A stretch of 64,000 bases of DNA, taken from a virus. The notes beneath the pieces were generated by a model. That model ran no database searches. It was not told the DNA's origin and saw only the letters and a program-made list of their open reading frames with translations. The translations under genes were made by a program, and so were the position numbers. Below are positions 44,703 through 52,773 of the stretch, one piece after another. The stretch is from the IMG/VR virus record IMGVR_UViG_3300010384_000002. One strand, written 5' to 3'. The number at the start of each line of letters is the position of its first letter. Position 1 is the first letter of the stretch.

Positions 44703-45010
44703 GACTGCCCATCCTCCTTGGGGACGTAGAAGAAGGTCAGCATGGCATCGAACCAGGGCTCGCCGTCGTACTGCGTGTCCGTCGACGAGAACCCGGCGCC
44801 AATGCGCGGCTGGTAGAAGAATCGGCCGTTGAAGGTGTTGTACAGGACCGGCACGAGCGTGCCCTGCGGGCCTGGCAGCTCGACGGTCACGAAGTCGCTA
44901 CCGAGGTGGAAGCGCGAGGCATCGACGCGCACGCCCTGCTCTTTGGCATGGGCGATCACCTCGTCGATCGTGCGGTGTCGCGAGAACTGCGGGTCTGGTT
45001 TCTTGGCCAT
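44699..45010 (-). CDS. Hypothetical protein
   Basis: 103-aa ORF with an AAAGG SD. Confidence 0.55.
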   Translation of the reverse strand: MAKKPDPQFSRHRTIDEVIAHAKEQGVRVDASRFHLGSDFVTVELPGPQGTLVPVLYNTFNGRFFYQPRIGAGFSSTDTQYDGEPWFDAMLTFFYVPKEDGQS

Positions 45011-45031
45011 GGTGAACCTTTCTGATAGTTG

Positions 45032-45226
45032 TTATCGGGTGTTGCCGCTGCGGTCGTGCACACCCGGCACGACGCGAACCGGGTTCAGCACCGGCTCGCA
45101 TTCGGTGATCAGCTTGCCGAGGGCTTCCCGCTCCCGGTCATCGAGCTGGTCGCCGCCGCCGGCAACGGTGCGCAGGCGGCGGGCCCAGTGCAGCAGGCGT
45201 CGTTGCTGTATTGCGGTCAGGCTCAC
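45032..45226 (-). CDS. Small hypothetical protein (start reassigned)
   Basis: GTG 45226: VSLTAIQQRRLLHWARRLRTVAGGGDQLDDREREALGKLITECEPVLNPV... It has high GC3. It is only the C-terminal part of the junk-looking track ORF 45032..45652. Confidence 0.45.
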   Translation of the reverse strand: MSLTAIQQRRLLHWARRLRTVAGGGDQLDDREREALGKLITECEPVLNPVRVVPGVHDRSGNTR

Positions 45227-45228
45227 GA

Positions 45229-45933
45229 TTAGGCGGCCTGTTTCAGCTTGGAATCCAGCAGCGTGCGGGCGATCGCCTTGCCGGCCAGCTTGAAGCTGAC
45301 GCGGGCGGCGCCCTTGCGAACGATGCCCATCACGCGGACAGTGCCGGCCGAGGTTTGCAGGCTGCGCTCGACGTCCCAGTCGTTGCTGCCGGCGTGCTCG
45401 CCGCACAGCTTGCGCACGTCGGCCACCAGCTGGTCCAACTTGACGAGCTCGTCGTTCGCCGGCTTCTCGTGCTGGCGGGTGCTGATCGCCGGGCCGAACT
45501 GGCCGGCGGACGCGAACCGCGCCACGGCCGAGGTGCTGGCCGAGGTGCGGGCCGTGCTGGCCATCTCCAGTGAGCGCTGCACGGGCGCCGGGCGGGCGTT
45601 GTGGTAACGCGAGTAGGGACGCTGCGGCTGCAGGCGCGCCATGATGCCCCACACGCTGTTGTACGCCGTATGCAAGCCGTGGTCTCGAGTCGAGCCCTTG
45701 AAGTTGCGGTAGGTGATGCTGGAGAGGTGAGTGGCGATGGTCGCACCCACGAGCTTGCGCGGGATCAGCGCGCGGAACTGGTAGTCGCGGCCGTCCAGGG
45801 TTTCGGCCGTGTGGCCGGGGAAGATGCGCTCGATGTCGCCAGGGCGGCGAGCGCGCACCAGCAGGTTATCGACGTCGCGCAGGTCTTCCGGGCTGACGAT
45901 CGACAGGAATGCGTTGTTGAGGCAGATCCACAT
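45229..45933 (-). CDS. Hypothetical protein
   Basis: 234 aa (MWICLNNAFLSIVSPEDLRDVDNLLVRARRPGDIERIF...). Its GGAAGGAG SD lies inside an 8-bp leader hairpin. Confidence 0.6.
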   Translation of the reverse strand: MWICLNNAFLSIVSPEDLRDVDNLLVRARRPGDIERIFPGHTAETLDGRDYQFRALIPRKLVGATIATHLSSITYRNFKGSTRDHGLHTAYNSVWGIMARLQPQRPYSRYHNARPAPVQRSLEMASTARTSASTSAVARFASAGQFGPAISTRQHEKPANDELVKLDQLVADVRKLCGEHAGSNDWDVERSLQTSAGTVRVMGIVRKGAARVSFKLAGKAIARTLLDSKLKQAA

Positions 45934-45985
45934 GGGTGACTCCTTCCGTTGAAGTGTTGTTCGACGGAAGGAATCATAACCGACA

Positions 45986-46002
45986 CTAACGCTAAGCGCT
46001 AG
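45986..46002. promoter_or_regulatory. Third copy of the operator palindrome
   Basis: CTAACGCTAAGCGCTAG overlaps the Nudix gene stop, upstream of gene 45229..45933. Confidence 0.5.
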
Positions 46003-46961
46003 TCTTTTTTCATATTAAGTTCATCGCCAAGCGATAGGATTTTCCGATCAACTTCCGTGTTCAGAACGGACGGCAATTGGTCCCTCGGAACGAGCTTGAC
46101 GGCCTGCGCTTCCCAGCCCATGTGCGCCGGCGAGCCGCCCACGCGCCGGGCGCGGTAGTAGCGCGCCACGGTGGTGGTGCGCTCGATGTCGCCCCAGTAG
46201 CCGGTGATTTCCACCTGCAGCCCGGTTTCCTCGAACGTCTCCTTGATGGCCACGGCTTGGAACGACAGGCCCGGCTCGTGGCGCCCCTTCGGGAACGTGG
46301 CCTCGTAGCCGCCGAACTGGTTGGTTGGGCACATGACCCACACGCGGCCGTCGGGCTCCTCGATGATGACGCCGGCGGCGCGCTCCTTGGGTTTGCCGCT
46401 CGCGGCCTTGGCCACCTTCATCAGCGGCTCGTCCAGGTCCTGCATCTGGCCGGGGACGTTGGCCCAGCCCTCGGGCGAGGTCGGCGCATCCTCCCACGGC
46501 GCGAACGCGACGCCGCCCAGCTCGGCCGGCACATCGCAATCGGGCACGAACGTGGCCACGGCCTTGGGGTCCGCCCAGGTGTCCGGAGGGCTCTGTTCGC
46601 TCGGCTCGTTGATGGTTATGGTCTCGCCCTTATCGCCCTCCTGCGGGTGCGTGATCGCATTCGGGTATTTGGGCGCCGCCGGCGCCGCATCGAACAGGTC
46701 GTCGGCCCACTTCTTGGCGGCCGGCTTGCCGCCGTACTGCGGACCGACCACGCCCTTGGGCTTCATGAACAGGGCCAGCTGCTTGCCCTTGGCGTGCACC
46801 TTCGTCTCGTGCGCGGGCACGAATGTGCCGTCGCCCTTGGTGTAGGCGGCCACGTGGGCCTTGGCCAGCGGCATGTTCATCTTGACGCTTTGCGCCATGC
46901 CGATCAGTTTGCCATCGAAGAACACGACCACCTTGCCGCTATTGATCATGCCTCCCATCAT
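45999..46961 (-). CDS. Nudix hydrolase with N-terminal extension
   Basis: The real start is MMGGMINSGK at ATG 46961 (ATGA overlap). Nudix box: GRHEPGLSFQAVAIKETFEETGL. Confidence 0.75.
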   Translation of the reverse strand: MMGGMINSGKVVVFFDGKLIGMAQSVKMNMPLAKAHVAAYTKGDGTFVPAHETKVHAKGKQLALFMKPKGVVGPQYGGKPAAKKWADDLFDAAPAAPKYPNAITHPQEGDKGETITINEPSEQSPPDTWADPKAVATFVPDCDVPAELGGVAFAPWEDAPTSPEGWANVPGQMQDLDEPLMKVAKAASGKPKERAAGVIIEEPDGRVWVMCPTNQFGGYEATFPKGRHEPGLSFQAVAIKETFEETGLQVEITGYWGDIERTTTVARYYRARRVGGSPAHMGWEAQAVKLVPRDQLPSVLNTEVDRKILSLGDELNMKKD

Positions 46962-47455
46962 GCCCCCTTGCGTTTCGCCGAGCCGGTCAGCATGCGGATC
47001 AGCTGCTGCACGCGCTGGCCCATCTTCATGTTGGCCATGTCGTCGTCGCCATCCTTGAGCGCGTCGACGACGGCCCACACGAGCCACGCATACAGGACCT
47101 GATACGGATCGTCGCCGTGCTTGGCGCGCTGGCCCTGCCAGTAGTGCCCCAGGTCCGCCTTGATGGTTTCCTGCAGGCCGCCCACGCGCGTGTTCCAGCC
47201 CTCGATCGGCAGGTACGCCGGGTTCTCGCCAGCGAAGTCGCGGGCGAACGCCGCCGCGCGCTCATGCGCACGGGCGGTCATCTCCTGCGCCTCCATCGTT
47301 CCAGCGCTGCGCGCCTTGACCCATTCCAGGATCTCGGTCAGGTAGGGCTGGACGATGCCGGCCACCACGTTCGGGTTGCCCAGGTAGTTGGGGGCCATCT
47401 GCTGCTCGAACGACGGCGGCAGATCGGTGAAACGATCGGTGCGATTTTGGTCCAT
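46958..47455 (-). CDS. Hypothetical protein
   Basis: 165-aa ORF. Confidence 0.55.
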   Translation of the reverse strand: MDQNRTDRFTDLPPSFEQQMAPNYLGNPNVVAGIVQPYLTEILEWVKARSAGTMEAQEMTARAHERAAAFARDFAGENPAYLPIEGWNTRVGGLQETIKADLGHYWQGQRAKHGDDPYQVLYAWLVWAVVDALKDGDDDMANMKMGQRVQQLIRMLTGSAKRKGA

Positions 47456-47456
47456 A

Positions 47457-50400
47457 TCACACGGTCCTTGCGAAAGATTTAACGAATATTACCACCCGCT
47501 TACGCAGAGCGGCAGTTGCTGCTGGGAAAATGACGAGCGATTTCCCCAGCTTGCCCAGGCCTCCCACCTCGGCCACATAGCCCTCGTGCGGCGGCAGCGC
47601 GAGCAGGTCCAGGGTGATACCGTCCGGGCTGGAGGCGTTGCCCTTCTTGACGCCCAGGACGACGAAGCGCTGGCCCATCAGGGTGGTCACCTCCATCTCG
47701 CCCCCGCCGTTCTTGTGCACGTAGTTGCCCTCGGCGTCTTGGCCCGAGCCGGCGAAGCGGCCCGACCCGAGCGACGCCATGGCCTTGGCGCCCTTGGCGA
47801 ACTTGATGTTCAGGTAGGCGCCCGAGCCGAATTTCGCGTTGTCGCCCCAGTCCTTGAAGATCGACGTGCACATGGAGTCAGCATTCTGGAACACCAGGCC
47901 GGCGCCCTCCTTGAGCAGTTGCTGCTTCATCGTGTCCGGCAGGTTCATCCAGCGGCCGACGGTTTCGCCCTCCTCGAACTCATAGGCCTCGTTGTAGATC
48001 GTGCTGGCCAGCTGTTGCGCGCCGCCGCTGTACGAATGGCCCTTCGAGCTGATGCTGATGGTCTTGTCGCCCTTGTTCCAGAAGCGGTTCGCTGCGCCCG
48101 AGTCCTGAATCGAGTTGACCAGGGCCTTGGTGGCCGTGGACACGCCCTGATACCACTTCTTGGCCTTGGTCACGAAATCGGTTTTGAGATAGCTGGTCTT
48201 CGGCGGGACCAGGTCCTTGACCACATCGGCGCCCACGTGGCCGAGCTTCATCCAGAAACCGATGACCTTGTCCGAGGAGATGGTGTTGATGTTCTCGCCC
48301 GGCTTGATGTAGCCGGCCGCCTCCGACACTTCCTCGATCGAGCCGCCGCCGATCGGGGGCAGGTCCAGGCCTTCAACGGGCGGGTGCGCGATCGCGGACA
48401 GCAGGTCGCACAGCGCGGCGTGGTGGTTCTTGATGTCCTTGGACGGGTGCTGTCCGATCGGCTTTTTGCCCAGGTAGGCGCCGGTTTCCTTATCGTAGGC
48501 GTCGTAGTGGTAGTCCTGCAGCGCCTTGAGATTGCCCTGCTTGGCGAACTCGATCAGGGCCGCGTCGTCGACCGTGTTCTGGTCGTTGATGTGCTTCTTG
48601 GACGACAGCGGGCCGCCCTTGCCGGGGTAGTTGTTGAAGTCGATGGGCGGCGGCAGGTCGGACGTGTTCACGGCCAGCTTGGTGATGTCTGGCGCCGGCG
48701 CGTTCCACGGGTCGGCGATGCCCAGCTTTTTCAGGATGAACTCGCGGCGCGCCACCAGCTTGGACGCCAGGGCCTCCTGCTCGGCGCGCGTGCCCGGACC
48801 GAACGTACGGCACAGCTTATCGATCTGGTTCGGGTGCATCTTGGCCAGCACGGCGCCGCCGGTCTCGAGATCCGCCGGCGTGATCTTGCCGAACACGGCG
48901 GCCGAATTCGCGTTCTTGGCCGGGTCCAGCAGCGTGTCCAGCTCGGTGACGGTTTCACCGAAGGCGTCGCCCTTCTTGCTGCCCTGCGCGCGGTAGATCA
49001 GCGAGCCGCCGACGTCGACGCGCACGGCCTTGCCGTCCTTGAGCAGCATGTTGTCGTTGGACAGGCCGACGACGTCCCAGTTGGCCAGCCACGCATCGAA
49101 CACGAACCCTTTGTGCGCGCCCTCGGCGCCGGCCAGCGCGGCCGCGTCACCCTTCGTCAGGCCATCCACCCACTTCGAGGCGATGCCCAGTTGGCCCGCG
49201 CGCTTGACCAGGCGCAGCTCGGGCACGTCGACACCCAGCATCTGGTAGAACTTCGCGGCCAGCAGCTCGTTTTTCACCGTGTCCGGATCGCTCGGGAATT
49301 TGCAGTACCACTCCTGACCCTTCGCGTCCTTGAAGCGGCCGCCGGGGTTGGAACCCTTCTGCGGCCCGGTCTGCTCCCACGTGTCCGCCACCATGGCGCT
49401 GACCTTCCCCACCTTCACGGTGGTGGGCACCGACATCGTCGGCGCGGCGCTGGCCGTCGACGCGGCAGCTGCTGGGGCTGGAGCGGCCGCCGGTGGCTCG
49501 CTGGCGCCCTTCGTGCCATCCATCGCAGCCACGAGATACTTGGCATATTTGGCCATGGCTTGCGCATTGGCGCCATAAGTCGAGCCGTCCGGGTTGATGG
49601 CCTTCCAGCCCACCGCCTTCACGTGCCCAGCTGGAGTCATCTTGACCAGCTTGGCCAAGCCCTCCGCGCCGCCGCTTTCCGCCGCCGCCTTGAGGGCCTT
49701 CATCGTCTTGGTCATCTTGATGGAGTTTTTGCCCGACAGCTTCGGCATGGGCACGCTCGCGGCTTTCTCCTTGAGCACCTTGGGATCGGTACCCATCTTG
49801 TGCCACCGGCCGTTCTCGAACACCAGCATGCCGTCGGCGCCCTGCTTCGTGTCGCCGTCCTTCGGGCCCTGCTCGGCGGCTGCCGGCGCGGTGGCGCCGC
49901 TCTGCTCGGCCTCCAGCTTCGCATACGCCTGCACCGCCCAGGCCAGCACCGGCTCGAAACCCTGCACCTCGTCGATGCCATCGATCAGCTTGCCCAGCTT
50001 CTTGGTCGACTTCTCGGCGTAGGCGGACTGGACCGCCTGCAGCGCCATCTGTGCGCCGCTGCTCAGCTGGGAGACATCGGGCAGCGGAATGTCCGCCGGC
50101 GCGGCGGGCTTGGCTTGCAGGTAGGCCAGCGCCTGCTCGCCATACGCCAGGATCAAGCCGGCGTTCGTGAACGGCGGGATCGGCTTGTCCCCGAATGGCG
50201 CCTTGAGTTCGGCAAGGGCGCTCTCGATCGTCGCGGGGATGCCCTGCTCCAGGCCCACCTCGATCGCATGCGCGTACGCATGGAGGCCGGTTATCTCGGG
50301 CTTTTCTGGCTTCGCCGGCGGCGCGGCGGGCGCGGTACCGGCCAGCGCGTGCTCGTGCAGCTGGACGAGTTTGTTTTCGGCCTTGATCGCGCTCATGTCG

Positions 50401-52634
50401 TCGTCCATGGGCAAGTCCATGTGCATCGCCAAGTCCGCCATCGCCTCGGCCTTCTCGTCAAGCCAATGATCCTCATTCGACAGCTTGAGCGCGTTCATGG
50501 CCTCGGCCTGCGCCTTCGTCGGTACCATGCCCGATCCGATCGCGGCTTTCCATCCGCCGACCAGGGCGTCCTGCTTGTCGGCATCCGACAGGCCCGGCTC
50601 AGCCGCCGGCTCGGCGCCTTCCAGGTGGGCGATAGCGGCCGTGATGTACTGGTGGATCGGCGCGAAGCTCAGCATGCCCTCGGTGGAGGCCTGCATGAGT
50701 TCCAGCTTGGCCAAGTTCCCGGTGGCGAAGTAGTGCTCGACGTCCTTGAGTACTTCGATCTTCGATGGGCTCATACCCTCCGTCGACGGCGGCACCGGAA
50801 CGCTGGCGGCCGGCGCAGCTGCTGGCGCGGGCGCGGTGGCCGGTTCCTTGACCTTGATGCTCACCACCTTGAGTTTCGGGTGCTCGCCGGCCTTCTGCCC
50901 CGGCGCCACCTGATGGCGCGAGCCCAGGAATTCCAAGGCCTCGTTGGCCAGCTTGGCGGCCTTCTTGCCGTAGGTGTTCGTGCCGTAGCTCATGGCCAGC
51001 AGCGCGTCCTTGTCGCCTGCCTGCAGCGCCGCGATGATGGCGTCCACCTTCGGGTTGAACGCCTTGGCGTTCGTGTTCGACAGCGGCACCTTGGCATCGT
51101 GGAAGGCGTCGACCAGCTGCTGCACGGCCTTGCCGTCGTCCGGCTCGGCGGTGGCGGCGGCCACCTTCGCATCGTGCGCCGGATCAGCGGCCGGCGCCGG
51201 CTCGTAGGTGGCCGCGTATTCGTCGTAGCCCAACGTGGTCAGCACCGATGCCAGCTCGGCCTCATGACCAGGATGCGCGGCGATCCATTCCTGCGCGGCC
51301 TCCTTGACCGTCTTCGGGCCGTTGGCGGCGTCTATCACGAACGCCATGGCGGGCGTATCTGCCGCCGACAGGACCCAATGCCCGTCTTTCAGCACCAGCG
51401 TGCCACCCTTGCCTTCCTTGGTGTCGCCTTCCTTCGGACCCGCGTCGACTGGCGCAACAGCGACCGGCGTCACGCCCTTCGCCTGCGCCAGCGCGGCCGC
51501 GTGCAGGTCCACCAGCAGCTTGCTGTTCACCGTCTTGCCCTTCCACGACGCCTTTTCCGGGTTCGGCATGGCCTCCAGGCCTGCGACGTCGCCGGCGGCC
51601 GCCAGGGCGATGATCTTGGCGCTCACGCCCTCGTAGTACTTCTTGACGCCGGTGGTCGTCTTGCCCTCGACGAATTCGGGGACCGTCAGGCCGGTGGTCT
51701 GCTGCGCTGCCGCTGCGGCCTCCATCTTCGGGGCCTTGATGGCGGCCGGGTCGATGTAGTCGCTCATCTGCTTCGGGTAGAAGCCATTCGCCTGCAGGTG
51801 GCCCTGCTCCTTGCTGGCCAAGTGGGCATTGATCTGGCCCTTGGCGTTCGTGGCGCCGGTGTTCAACACCCAATACTCGGTGCCGTGCGCATCGGTGAAC
51901 GTAGGCGTTCCGGCCTTCTCGTGCTTGGTGTTGTAGGCGGCCTTGGCCTCGTCCAGCTTGTCGATGGCAGCGGCCTGCTGCGCAGACAGCGTAGGCGCGG
52001 CGCTGGCGGGCTTTTCTGGCTCGGCCTTGGGCTCGACCTTCGACGCCGGCGCGGAGGCCTTGGCGGGCTCCTGCTGGGCCGGAATATTTTTCGGAATATT
52101 TTGCGGTTCGTTTTGTAGCTCGGCCGGCTTCTCATTCGCCGGCGGCTGCTTCGCCACCCAGGCGGCGTATTCCGCGTCCATCGCGGCGCCCTTGCCTGCC
52201 GCGTGCACGGCCTCGGTGATGGCCTGCTGTTTGTCCGCCGGCGCGGCGTGGAAGTGCTTCCATTCGCCCGCCGTCGGCGCCTGCCCGGCGAGCAGCTTTT
52301 TCTTGAGCGTGGCCAAGCGCGCGGCCGCCGATTCCGCGTCCTGAATCTGCGTCGCGTGATGCATGACCAGGGCGGCCTGATCCTCGGCGCTCATGCCCGC
52401 GAAGCCGGGTTCTTCCTTGAGCGCCGTATGGGCTTTCTTCTGGCTGTACGTGCCGGCGCCGCCGGCAACCTTGTGATGGTCGTGGTCATCGGAGACGTGC
52501 ACCATGGCGAAGTGGCCGCCGACCACCTGCCCGTTTTTCTTGGTGAACTGCGGAATCCAGACCTGCTTTTTGACGGTGGCTTTCAGGAAGAAAACCGGGG
52601 CACCGTAGGTGTGTGCGTGTTGGGTATCGAGCAT
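47457..52634 (-). CDS. Giant polyvalent protein: repeats + atypical protein-kinase-like domain + C-terminal ADP-ribosyltransferase
   Basis: About 1725 aa. The kinase-like region (about 48700-49370) has WYCKF, NELLAAKFY, FDAWLANWDVVGLSNDN and DVGGSL motifs. The ART R-S-E pattern is GRWMNL, DSMCTSIF and GGGEMEV (EME at 47691-47699). ATG 52634 has a GAGG SD. The track start is TTG 52640. Confidence 0.75.
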   Translation of the reverse strand: MLDTQHAHTYGAPVFFLKATVKKQVWIPQFTKKNGQVVGGHFAMVHVSDDHDHHKVAGGAGTYSQKKAHTALKEEPGFAGMSAEDQAALVMHHATQIQDAESAAARLATLKKKLLAGQAPTAGEWKHFHAAPADKQQAITEAVHAAGKGAAMDAEYAAWVAKQPPANEKPAELQNEPQNIPKNIPAQQEPAKASAPASKVEPKAEPEKPASAAPTLSAQQAAAIDKLDEAKAAYNTKHEKAGTPTFTDAHGTEYWVLNTGATNAKGQINAHLASKEQGHLQANGFYPKQMSDYIDPAAIKAPKMEAAAAAQQTTGLTVPEFVEGKTTTGVKKYYEGVSAKIIALAAAGDVAGLEAMPNPEKASWKGKTVNSKLLVDLHAAALAQAKGVTPVAVAPVDAGPKEGDTKEGKGGTLVLKDGHWVLSAADTPAMAFVIDAANGPKTVKEAAQEWIAAHPGHEAELASVLTTLGYDEYAATYEPAPAADPAHDAKVAAATAEPDDGKAVQQLVDAFHDAKVPLSNTNAKAFNPKVDAIIAALQAGDKDALLAMSYGTNTYGKKAAKLANEALEFLGSRHQVAPGQKAGEHPKLKVVSIKVKEPATAPAPAAAPAASVPVPPSTEGMSPSKIEVLKDVEHYFATGNLAKLELMQASTEGMLSFAPIHQYITAAIAHLEGAEPAAEPGLSDADKQDALVGGWKAAIGSGMVPTKAQAEAMNALKLSNEDHWLDEKAEAMADLAMHMDLPMDDDMSAIKAENKLVQLHEHALAGTAPAAPPAKPEKPEITGLHAYAHAIEVGLEQGIPATIESALAELKAPFGDKPIPPFTNAGLILAYGEQALAYLQAKPAAPADIPLPDVSQLSSGAQMALQAVQSAYAEKSTKKLGKLIDGIDEVQGFEPVLAWAVQAYAKLEAEQSGATAPAAAEQGPKDGDTKQGADGMLVFENGRWHKMGTDPKVLKEKAASVPMPKLSGKNSIKMTKTMKALKAAAESGGAEGLAKLVKMTPAGHVKAVGWKAINPDGSTYGANAQAMAKYAKYLVAAMDGTKGASEPPAAAPAPAAAASTASAAPTMSVPTTVKVGKVSAMVADTWEQTGPQKGSNPGGRFKDAKGQEWYCKFPSDPDTVKNELLAAKFYQMLGVDVPELRLVKRAGQLGIASKWVDGLTKGDAAALAGAEGAHKGFVFDAWLANWDVVGLSNDNMLLKDGKAVRVDVGGSLIYRAQGSKKGDAFGETVTELDTLLDPAKNANSAAVFGKITPADLETGGAVLAKMHPNQIDKLCRTFGPGTRAEQEALASKLVARREFILKKLGIADPWNAPAPDITKLAVNTSDLPPPIDFNNYPGKGGPLSSKKHINDQNTVDDAALIEFAKQGNLKALQDYHYDAYDKETGAYLGKKPIGQHPSKDIKNHHAALCDLLSAIAHPPVEGLDLPPIGGGSIEEVSEAAGYIKPGENINTISSDKVIGFWMKLGHVGADVVKDLVPPKTSYLKTDFVTKAKKWYQGVSTATKALVNSIQDSGAANRFWNKGDKTISISSKGHSYSGGAQQLASTIYNEAYEFEEGETVGRWMNLPDTMKQQLLKEGAGLVFQNADSMCTSIFKDWGDNAKFGSGAYLNIKFAKGAKAMASLGSGRFAGSGQDAEGNYVHKNGGGEMEVTTLMGQRFVVLGVKKGNASSPDGITLDLLALPPHEGYVAEVGGLGKLGKSLVIFPAATAALRKRVVIFVKSFARTV

Positions 52635-52681
52635 GTGCAAACCTCATGGGAGATTGCTCTACCGTACCGTCACGACAGGCG

Positions 52682-52709
52682 AAAAAAAGGCCGGCTTTGC
52701 GGGCCGGCC
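52682..52709 (-). terminator. Intrinsic terminator between the phosphatase and giant genes
   Basis: Minus-sense GGCCGGC-CCGCAAA-GCCGGCC followed by TTTTTTT. Confidence 0.85.
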
Positions 52710-52773
52710 AAAATCCAAAACTAGGGATGTCCTGAAAGAGACAGTGCTATGTTTTGGTCACGACTCCATGCGG

